Of a stretch of 64,000 bases of DNA, positions 9,831 to 17,959 are shown one piece after another (the first letter of the stretch is position 1; each line of letters opens with the position of its first letter). The position numbers and the translations under genes are program-made. Source of the stretch: an uncultured Planctomycetota bacterium (GTDB taxonomy: Bacteria > Planctomycetota > Planctomycetia > Isosphaerales > Isosphaeraceae). The notes below the pieces were generated by a model, which did not search any database, was not told the DNA's origin, and worked only from the letters and a program-made list of their open reading frames with translations. Where the stretch lies: assembly GCA_963823665.1 (NCBI GenBank), contig CAWGMQ010000004.1, forward strand, positions 608,001 through 672,000. The letters are read 5' to 3'.

Positions 9831-11687
9831 TCAGAGCTTGGTTACGGGCACTTTACCCATCTCGGTGACAACACGATGAAAAAGCGAGAACTCGGCGTCA
9901 TCTGCCCACAGCTCGCGCTCGAGCGCATGCGAGTCGAGCAGGGGCCCCAGCCCCAGCTCCTGAAGCTTGGGGTTGCCTCGGATCGCGGCCTGAAGCGCCT
10001 CGACCCCCGCAAACCCCAGCTCAGCCGCGACGGCCTCGGGCGTCAGGTCCCTGTTGTACACCTTCGCGGCCTCCCCAATCGGCTCGTTGATCCGCCGCAC
10101 CAGCTCGCGGATATCTGCCTTGGCCAGCTCGCCCGAGCGAAGAAAATCACCCATGACAACTTCAAGCGCCCGGAGGAACCGGTCCTCGTCGCGGGCAAGC
10201 AGCTTGTCCATCTCATCGGGCGCGAGGTGAAGCTGTTCGACCTTGCGTTTCGCGCCCGCGAAGACAGCCGGATGCCCGCGGATCTCATCTCGAAACGGCT
10301 TCATGCCGCTCGAATGACACGCCAGGCATGATAGTCCATTAACGATCTCAGGAGTTCCGGACGTCTGGCTTCCATCGCTGACGATCCCCACCGGCGCCGG
10401 TGCATCAAGCCGGTTGTCCTTGGCGTCGGCCAGCATATAACCTTGCAGACCATTGGGAAGATTAAAGACCACCTCTCCACCCGCCTGTTCAAACGCCTGG
10501 TCATCGAATGGATTGCCGCGGAATCGCGGCCCAAGCGGGAAAAGCAGCAGGTTCCCGCGCCCGGCGCTCGTCTTGAAGTCATAGCTGCGCCAGTAGGCGC
10601 CAAACGGCGTGCGATGCCGCTCAACCAGCCGGTTGTGCCGCGAGACCCCGCTCGTGATCAGCCCCCCGCGCTGAAGCGTGCCCTCGTCAAAGTTTTTCTC
10701 AAGCTGCACGCCCAGCCTGGCCTCCAGCTCCGGCAAATTCGCCGGCACCCTGAGCAACCGGTCATAAAGCGGCGGGCGCGATGCGGTGGCCACAAACCAG
10801 TCGCCGCGAATGACAGGCAACCGCGTCCCAGTGAGCTTGGCGATCTCGGACTCGACTTCCGAAAGGGCATCGTCTTCGGAGTGCTGCACGCCGTACGGAT
10901 ACGCCCGTTCGATTTCGTTCCAGTCGCGGGAGTCCCAGCCGTAGGCGCGCAGGTCGATGTTGAGAATCACCCGCGCAGGCTCGTCAATCGCGCGGGGCAG
11001 GGTAATCTCCGCCTGCCAGCTCAAACTATTGAGCAGCTTAGAGACAGCCGCGCGGTGGATTCGGATCTGTTCGTCCGATATGGCAGCATTATTATGCAGT
11101 TGTGTGAGCGTCAGATAGCGTTGAAACGGCCGGTCAGCCGGCTTGACCTTATTCGCGTCGCGAAGGTGGTCGCGGATGGCATTCAGTGTGGCCGCGTCGT
11201 CGATGAACGCCGGCACGCGCCCGGTGGCCTTGGGAAACGGCGCACCGGCGAGGATCCACTTCTCCAGAGTTTTCCGCTCATCAGCGCTCGGCTGCCGCTC
11301 GGCGTCGTCCGGCGGCATGCGAAACGGGGCCTTCCCCGCCCGCTGCCAGACGTCAGATTTCGCGGGATCGCCGGCCGTGACAAAGGGAAGCTTCTTGGGA
11401 TTCGCCGGCTTGGCCAGCAGCAGCTTGGGGTCGAGCACGTTGGTCAATCGCGTGCCCTGATCGTTGGGCCCGCCGTGGCAGTCATAGCAATACGTTTTCA
11501 AGAACGCATGCCCTTGCTCGGCGATCCTGGCGTCCTGGCCGCGGGCCGCGACTTGGCCAACACCCGCCCAGGGGATCAAAAAGCACAGCCATCGGACGCA
11601 CACCGCGATCACACCGTGCCGAAAGCGCACCCCTCGGGTGGCACTGGCTTGGCCAATGTTGCTCTGCTTGAGCGAACATCGAGGCAT
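9831..11687 (-). CDS. Exported di-haem protein with planctomycete cytochrome c domain
   Basis: CYDCHG followed by ...MPP...WILAGA (planctomycete cyt c); second CLACH after GGEVVFNLPNGLQGY. Start moved to ATG 11687. Confidence 0.85.
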   Translation of the reverse strand: MPRCSLKQSNIGQASATRGVRFRHGVIAVCVRWLCFLIPWAGVGQVAARGQDARIAEQGHAFLKTYCYDCHGGPNDQGTRLTNVLDPKLLLAKPANPKKLPFVTAGDPAKSDVWQRAGKAPFRMPPDDAERQPSADERKTLEKWILAGAPFPKATGRVPAFIDDAATLNAIRDHLRDANKVKPADRPFQRYLTLTQLHNNAAISDEQIRIHRAAVSKLLNSLSWQAEITLPRAIDEPARVILNIDLRAYGWDSRDWNEIERAYPYGVQHSEDDALSEVESEIAKLTGTRLPVIRGDWFVATASRPPLYDRLLRVPANLPELEARLGVQLEKNFDEGTLQRGGLITSGVSRHNRLVERHRTPFGAYWRSYDFKTSAGRGNLLLFPLGPRFRGNPFDDQAFEQAGGEVVFNLPNGLQGYMLADAKDNRLDAPAPVGIVSDGSQTSGTPEIVNGLSCLACHSSGMKPFRDEIRGHPAVFAGAKRKVEQLHLAPDEMDKLLARDEDRFLRALEVVMGDFLRSGELAKADIRELVRRINEPIGEAAKVYNRDLTPEAVAAELGFAGVEALQAAIRGNPKLQELGLGPLLDSHALERELWADDAEFSLFHRVVTEMGKVPVTKL

Positions 11688-11989
11688 CACGCCCTCCCGC
11701 AACCGCGAAAAGCCATTCACCGGCAAAAACACGTCCTCACCGGCGAGCTCGATCGCTCTCCGGCACCGAGAGAACGATTGGTCGACTTGTTTCTTCCGCC
11801 GTCTCGCAAAATTCTGGCGCCGCGCGTGGCGGCCGATCGCTTCGTGCAGACTTCCCGGACGCCTTGGATTATCCCACCGCGAAGGACGGCTCGCCAGCGG
11901 TCGGCCATCTTCCGCCCACCATCGATCCACGCCCAGAGTATTCGTCCGAACAACTCCCGCGCCGAGCGCGCCGTGGCCACGCTCTAACC

Positions 11990-12051
11990 TGTAGGGTGGG
12001 TGAAACCCACCAAGATTCCGGCATATGCTGGTGGGTTTCACCCACCCTACA
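11990..12051. repeat. GTAG-type REP doublet (perfect 23-bp inverted repeat)
   Basis: TGTAGGGTGGGTGAAACCCACCA ... TGGTGGGTTTCACCCACCCTACA. Confidence 0.85.
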
Positions 12052-12226
12052 CGAACGCTCCACTTGGTTGCAGCCAATGTCCGCGTTGGGCACGGCGCGG
12101 AGATAACTTCCCGATTTCCCAAGATGATAGCTTGCCTCGCTTCCTGCCCGCTCCGGCTACGACCGGCTCGGCTCCGCCTCTCCGCCGGTCGAGCCTACGC
12201 TGTCAACCATCTCCCTACTATATTGC

Positions 12227-14017
12227 TCACCGTTCAGACTGGACTCGGGCCAGGCGGAACCCGAGGTCGCCGATCCGGAGGCCCGGCTCGATGGTGGCCC
12301 GGAACGCCGACCGGCCTTCGCGGGGCAGATTTTTCCATCCGCCCCCGCGGCCCACCCGGTCTGAGGCCGGGTCGGCCCCCCCCGGATCGTCAGCCGGCGA
12401 CCGCCCGTAGTAGTCCTCCGCGTACCAGTCCGAACACCATTCCCAAACATTTCCGTGCATGTCAAATAAGCCCCAAGCATTCGGATTGTAGCGGCCAACC
12501 GGCGCCGTGAACACATACCCGTCACGCGACGCAATCGTCGTCCAGTTGCGAAACTTCTCTTTCGCCGTTCCATCCGCCACATTCCCAACCGCGGCCAGTC
12601 CCTCGGGATCATCACCACACCGGTAACGGGTCGTCGTCCCCGCGCGGCACGCATACTCCCACTCGGCCTCGGTCGGCAACCGGTAGGTCTTCCCCTCCTT
12701 GCGGCTGAGCCACTCGCAGAATGCCATCGCATCGTTCCAGCTTACATTGGTGACCGGGTGCTCGTCCGTCTGCTCGAACCCAGGATTTTGCCAGGTGTAC
12801 TTAGGGTCCTGCTCGAACTTCTTGGCCTCATGGTTCCAGCCGTGGCCACCTTTGCCGTCCTTTTCCGCTTCCGTACGGTACCCGGCGTCGTCAACGAACC
12901 GGCGAAACTGCCCGCGGGTGACTTCGGTCACCCCAAGGTAGAATGGCCGGGTGATCCGCACTGGGTGCTGAGGCTTCTCGTCGTCCGACGCGTCCTTATC
13001 CGTATCCGGCGAGCCCATCAGGAACTCGCCCGCGGCGATCAGCCGGAGCTTGCCGCCGATCGAGTTAGTGATGACCAGGGGGTTAGACACGGGCCGCCGC
13101 CCCGAGAGGTCAAGCAACGCCACCGGCCCAATATCGCCCAACAACCGCGGTAACTGCGTCGTCGCATGCTTGCGCGCGACGAATGACCGCACATTATCCT
13201 TCACATAAGAATAAAGCTCATCCAGCTCAACCTTCTGGTCCTTATTCCCCCGCTCCTCATCAGCCTTGCCCGATAGCCCTTGAATCACGTAATGAAAGAA
13301 AACCCCATGCCCGCCATCCAGATCCTTGTCTTCCCACGACACTTCCTTGTCCGAGCACGAAAAAAGCGCAGCCACCGTGGCAGGCGGCAGCGCCGGCGGC
13401 GGCATGGCGATCCCCCCCGGCCGCCCCTCCGGCTGCGCCAGCAGTTCGTTCCGGCACGCATCCACCATCAACAATTTGACCGTGGCCTTGCAGCCCTCAA
13501 GCGCCTTGTACAACTCATCAAACCCTACGAACCGATCGAGCCTCTTCCGCGCCAGGCTCGCATCCGTCGGACAGAAAAAGCTGCGCTGCCGGGCAGCCCC
13601 GTTCGGATCATCCGCCGGCGGCGCCAGCATCATCACCCCATGACCCGCCAGCGCCACAATCACGCTATCCCCCGCCTTCACCCCGCCCAGCATCAACTCG
13701 AGCTGGTTCCGGATATGCTCAGCGGTCGGCATCAGGTCCACTTCCTCGAACCCCCGCTCCCTGGTCATCACGACCACGTTCTCTTTCTCGTAGCCAGCAT
13801 CGAGAAAGACCTTCTCGAGCGCGTCGACATCCCGCCGCGGAAACGGCAGCCCCGGCAGCAAGCTCCCCTTCTCGTACCGGTCAACCGCGACGAGCAGCGC
13901 GTACTTCTTGCCCCGCACCGTCTCCTGCGACCAAGCCGTCCGGTCGGCGAAGAGCACGACGCAAACAATCAGCACGGCGATCACCGTCGTGCGGAAAATG
14001 AATCGTGTCGAAGTCAT
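12227..14017 (-). CDS. Exported caspase + FGE-sulfatase/CLec fusion, paralogue 3
   Basis: Signal peptide, KYALLVAVDRY, AGHG, DACR, FGE motifs. Confidence 0.93.
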   Translation of the reverse strand: MTSTRFIFRTTVIAVLIVCVVLFADRTAWSQETVRGKKYALLVAVDRYEKGSLLPGLPFPRRDVDALEKVFLDAGYEKENVVVMTRERGFEEVDLMPTAEHIRNQLELMLGGVKAGDSVIVALAGHGVMMLAPPADDPNGAARQRSFFCPTDASLARKRLDRFVGFDELYKALEGCKATVKLLMVDACRNELLAQPEGRPGGIAMPPPALPPATVAALFSCSDKEVSWEDKDLDGGHGVFFHYVIQGLSGKADEERGNKDQKVELDELYSYVKDNVRSFVARKHATTQLPRLLGDIGPVALLDLSGRRPVSNPLVITNSIGGKLRLIAAGEFLMGSPDTDKDASDDEKPQHPVRITRPFYLGVTEVTRGQFRRFVDDAGYRTEAEKDGKGGHGWNHEAKKFEQDPKYTWQNPGFEQTDEHPVTNVSWNDAMAFCEWLSRKEGKTYRLPTEAEWEYACRAGTTTRYRCGDDPEGLAAVGNVADGTAKEKFRNWTTIASRDGYVFTAPVGRYNPNAWGLFDMHGNVWEWCSDWYAEDYYGRSPADDPGGADPASDRVGRGGGWKNLPREGRSAFRATIEPGLRIGDLGFRLARVQSER

Positions 14018-14101
14018 GACACACCCCACATGTTGTCAATTCAGACAGGAAGCTGCTTCGCCTGGAAAACGGATGCCGCCACTGAATCTTCCTGAGCGGC
14101 T

Positions 14102-15883
14102 CTACTGATCTCGCGCCAGCCGAAACCCCACGTTGACGTACCGGAGGTCCGGCACGAAGGCGTTCCGGTTCGCCGACCGGGCGACGCGCGGCTCGGGGTA
14201 CCAGCCGCCCCCGCGGAGCACCCGCAATGAGGCCGGGTCGGGGCCCCCTGAGTCCTCAGCCGCCGACCGCCCGTAATAGTCCTTCGCGTACCAGTCCGAG
14301 CACCACTCCCAGACGTTCCCGTGCATGTCCAGTAAGCCCCAAGCATTCGGGGTGAACCGGCCAACCGGCGCCGTGAAAACATAACCGTCCCGCGCCGCAA
14401 TCGCGACCCAATCAGGGAACTTCTCGTGCGCCGTTCCATCAGCCAGATTCCCCACAACGGCCAGGCCCTCGGGATCTTCACCAACCTGGTAACGCGTCGT
14501 CGTCCCCGCGCGGCATGCATACTCCCACTCAGCCTCCGTCGGCAATCGGTAGGTCTTTCCCTCCTTGCGGCTGAGCCACTGGCAAAATGCCACTGCATCG
14601 TTCCAGGTCACGTTCACCACCGGGTGCTCGTCCGTCTGCTCGAACCCTGGATTTTGCCATGTATACTTGGGGTCTTGCTCGAACTTATTGGCCTCCTCAT
14701 TCCAGCCGGAGCCTCCCTTCGCGTCGCTCTCGGCTTCCGTCTTGTAACCGGCATCGTCAACGAACCGCCGAAACTGCCCGCGAGTCACTTCGGTCATGCC
14801 CAGGTAGAACGGCCGCGTGATCCGCACGCGGTGCGGAGGCTTCTCGTCATCCTCCGCGTCCTTGTCCGTATCCGGCGACCCCATCAAAAACTCGCCTGCC
14901 GGAATCAGCCGAAGATTCGCCCCGATCGAATTGGTGATGACCAGCGGGTTCGACGCGGGGTGCCGCCCCGAAAGGTCAAGCAGCGCCACCGGCCCGATAT
15001 CCCCCAACAACCGCGGCAACTGCGTCGTCGCGTGCTTGTGCGCGACGAAGGAGCGCACGTTGTCCTTCACGTACGAATAAAGCTCATCGAGCTCGACCTT
15101 GTGGTCCTTATTCCCGCGCTCCTCATCAGCCTTTCCCGAGAGCCCTTGAATCACGTAGTGAAAGAAAACCCCGTGCCCGCCGTCCAGATCCTTATCTTCC
15201 CACGACACTTCCTTATCCGAGCATGAAAAAAGGGCAGCCACCGAGGCCGGCGGCAACGCCGGTGGCGGCATCGCGATCCCCCCCGGCCGCCCCTCCGGCT
15301 GCGCGAGCAGCTCATTCCGGCAAGCATCCACCATCATTAGCTTCACTGTCGCCTTGCAGCCCGCGAGCGCCTTGTACAACTCCTCAAACCCTACAAATCG
15401 CTCGAGCCGCTTGCGCCAGGCTGGCATCCATCGGGCAGAAGAAGCTGCGCTGCGCGCAGCCCCGTTCGGGTCGTCCGCCGGCGGCGCCAGCATCATCACC
15501 CCGTGGCCCGCCAGCGCCACGATCACGCTATCCCCCGCCTTCACGCCGCCCAGCATCAGCTCGAGCTGGTTCCGAATATGCTCCGCCGTCGGCATCAGGT
15601 CGACGTCCTGGACCCCTCGCTCCTTGGTCATCACGATCACGCTAGCGCGCTCATACCCCGAATCGAGAAATACTCTCTCGAGCGCGTCAATGTCTCGCCG
15701 CGGGAATGGCAGCCCCGGCAACAGGCTCCCCTTTTCGTACCGGTCAACCGCGACCAGCAGCGCGTACTTCTTGCCCCGGACCACTTCCTGCGGCCAGGCC
15801 GGCCGCTCGGTGAAGACGAAAAGGCCAACGATCAGCAGCGCGGCGAGCCTCGTCGTGCCGAAAATGTACCGGGTCGATGGCAT
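14102..15883 (-). CDS. Exported caspase + FGE-sulfatase/CLec fusion, paralogue 4 (short compensated frameshift)
   Basis: Near-duplicate of paralogue 3; about 12 codons out of frame at roughly 15413-15456. Confidence 0.9.
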   Translation of the reverse strand: MPSTRYIFGTTRLAALLIVGLFVFTERPAWPQEVVRGKKYALLVAVDRYEKGSLLPGLPFPRRDIDALERVFLDSGYERASVIVMTKERGVQDVDLMPTAEHIRNQLELMLGGVKAGDSVIVALAGHGVMMLAPPADDPNGAARSAASSARWMPAWRKRLERFVGFEELYKALAGCKATVKLMMVDACRNELLAQPEGRPGGIAMPPPALPPASVAALFSCSDKEVSWEDKDLDGGHGVFFHYVIQGLSGKADEERGNKDHKVELDELYSYVKDNVRSFVAHKHATTQLPRLLGDIGPVALLDLSGRHPASNPLVITNSIGANLRLIPAGEFLMGSPDTDKDAEDDEKPPHRVRITRPFYLGMTEVTRGQFRRFVDDAGYKTEAESDAKGGSGWNEEANKFEQDPKYTWQNPGFEQTDEHPVVNVTWNDAVAFCQWLSRKEGKTYRLPTEAEWEYACRAGTTTRYQVGEDPEGLAVVGNLADGTAHEKFPDWVAIAARDGYVFTAPVGRFTPNAWGLLDMHGNVWEWCSDWYAKDYYGRSAAEDSGGPDPASLRVLRGGGWYPEPRVARSANRNAFVPDLRYVNVGFRLARDQ

Positions 15884-15998
15884 GACGCACCTCAGCCGTC
15901 GTCGATTCAGAACACGCCTCGAGCGGCGAGACCAAGCGCGCCCGCTAGCCGGCCGTGAAACTTCATCCTACAAGACCTCCCAGACCACCGCCACGTAC

Positions 15999-16105
15999 CC
16001 CTTCTCCCCCGGGAGAAGATGCCGCGAAAGCGGCGGATAAAGGGCCCTCCCCCGGGAGAAGGTACCTCGAAGCGGCGGATAAGGGGCCTTCCCTTCGAGA
16101 AAGGG
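15999..16105. repeat. REP-like tandem hairpin repeat
   Basis: CCCCCGGGAGAAG...AAGCGGCGGATAA(A/G)GGGCC repeated twice plus a partial copy. Confidence 0.6.
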
Positions 16106-16331
16106 TGCCATCAAGAGAACGAATGCCGGCACGATTTCTTCCCAAGTCGGAAGAATTCTCATCGGTAGCCGCAGGAATCGCTTCAGAAAGCCACCTGGCC
16201 GTCGTGCTAAAGGCCGAGCCGACGATCCCCCGTGGTGGTGCTCGATAAGAATTCTCACTAGGATGACTTTCAGTGCGATCACGCTGGGCGACCGTCACAC
16301 GGAGGAAACTGATAAGAGGACGACTCTCTCG

Positions 16332-17759
16332 ATGAAACGGTTGGCAATCTCCCTCTTCCTGTTGGCGGCCTGGCCTTGGTCTCCGCTCGCCGCTGCGCCG
16401 AAGCCCAACATCGTGTTCATCCTGGCGGATGACCTCGGCTATGGTGACCTGGGCTGTTACGGGCAGACGAAGATTCGAACACCAAACCTCGACCGACTCG
16501 CCGCCGAGGGGATGCGATTCACGAACTTCTATGCGGGTTGCTCGGTCTGCGCGCCCAGTCGCTGCACCTTGCTGACCGGCAAACATCTCGGCCACGCCAC
16601 GGTGCGCGACAACATGCAGCGCGGGCCTGGCCTCGAGGGCCAGCACCCCATGGAGCCCGGTACGGTCACGGTGGCCCAGCTCCTGAAAAAGGCAGGCTAT
16701 GCAACGGCCATCGTCGGCAAGTGGGGGCTCGGGATGCCGGAAGATCAGAGCAGCCCGCTGGACTTCGGCTTCGATCACCACTATGGATATCTCTGCCAGG
16801 GGATGGCCCACACGCACTACCCACCGTACCTCTGGCGCGACAATCAGCAAGAGCCGCTCGCCGGCAACCCGCCCTATTTTTATGGCAAACCGGGCACGAT
16901 CGCAGCGCTGGGGAATATCTTTGCTCACGATCTCCTGACCGAAGACGCACTCCGCTGGGTGCGCGCGCATCGGGATGGGCCGTTCTTCCTCTATCTGGCT
17001 TTCACGATCCCGCACCTCTCGCTCCAGGTGCCGGACGACTCGCTGGCCGCCTACCGCGGCCGCTGGCCCGAGACACCAATGACAACCTCGAAACACTACG
17101 CCAATCACGACACGCCGCGCGCCGCGTATGCCGCAATGATCACGCGGATGGATCGCGACATCGGCCGCCTGATGGCGCTTCTCAAGGAGCTGGGCCTGGA
17201 CGACGACACGCTCGTCTGTTTCGCCAGCGACAACGGCGCCGTCTTCGCCCTTGCCGGCACCGACCCCGAGTTCTTCCGCAGCAACGGCGAACTACGCGGC
17301 TACAAGCAGGACCTGTACGAAGGCGGCATCCGCACGCCGCTCGTCGCGCGCTGGCCAGGGAAGATCCCGGCCGGCGTCACCAGCCCATTCGTCGGCGCGT
17401 TCTACGATCTCATGCCCACCTTCTGCGAGCTTGCCGGCACGCGGGCACCCCACGACACCGATGGTCTCAGCATCGTCCCCACGCTTCTCGACCGGCCCGG
17501 CCAGAAACCGCACGAATTCCTGTACTGGGAATACCACAGCGGCGGCGGCGCGCAGGCCGTGCGGTTCGGGAACTGGAAGGCGATTCGCAACAACGTCACG
17601 AGATCGCCCGACACGACGCCCGAGCTCTACGACCTGGCCGCGGATCCGGGCGAGAAAACCAACATCGCCGGTCGGCAACCCGAACTCGCCGCGAAGGCCG
17701 CCGCCTACATGAAAGCCGCCCACAGCCCGAGCCGGGAGCCGAAGTGGAACTTCAAGTGA
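16332..17759 (+). CDS. Arylsulfatase (formylglycine-dependent)
   Basis: Signal peptide, PNIVFILADDLG, CAPSR..LLTG, GKW, SDNG, K..LYEGGIRTP. Confidence 0.95.
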   Translation: MKRLAISLFLLAAWPWSPLAAAPKPNIVFILADDLGYGDLGCYGQTKIRTPNLDRLAAEGMRFTNFYAGCSVCAPSRCTLLTGKHLGHATVRDNMQRGPGLEGQHPMEPGTVTVAQLLKKAGYATAIVGKWGLGMPEDQSSPLDFGFDHHYGYLCQGMAHTHYPPYLWRDNQQEPLAGNPPYFYGKPGTIAALGNIFAHDLLTEDALRWVRAHRDGPFFLYLAFTIPHLSLQVPDDSLAAYRGRWPETPMTTSKHYANHDTPRAAYAAMITRMDRDIGRLMALLKELGLDDDTLVCFASDNGAVFALAGTDPEFFRSNGELRGYKQDLYEGGIRTPLVARWPGKIPAGVTSPFVGAFYDLMPTFCELAGTRAPHDTDGLSIVPTLLDRPGQKPHEFLYWEYHSGGGAQAVRFGNWKAIRNNVTRSPDTTPELYDLAADPGEKTNIAGRQPELAAKAAAYMKAAHSPSREPKWNFK

Positions 17760-17959
17760 AAATCAACTCATGAGAATTCGAGTCCGACTGACCCACACCA
17801 ACCCGAAGCGCCAGCGAGGAAGTACTGTATCAAGTGTGGAAGCACCAGTACGTCGGTGCTTAATCTCCATTTGACGTCGAGCAACGAGCTTTGCTCACGG
17901 GAGATGACGTGGTTCCGCACGACTTGAACGATTTGACGCTCGGTCTAACTTGATGCGCC

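Noticed and set aside
10443..11987. Long antisense ORFs (also 5766..6863, 7508..8638, 53515..54864 and similar)
   Set aside because: Shadow frames of well-supported genes in high-GC DNA
11688..12122. N-terminal extension of ORF 9831..12122
   Set aside because: Translates a REP palindrome; the signal peptide begins later
2994..16000. Complete DGR cassette in the window
   Set aside because: No reverse transcriptase motif, Avd gene or AAC-rich non-coding template seen
12227..17759. FGE domains as maturases of the neighbouring sulfatase
   Set aside because: They lack the catalytic Cys pair of true FGE, are fused to caspases and appear exported; adjacency is probably incidental
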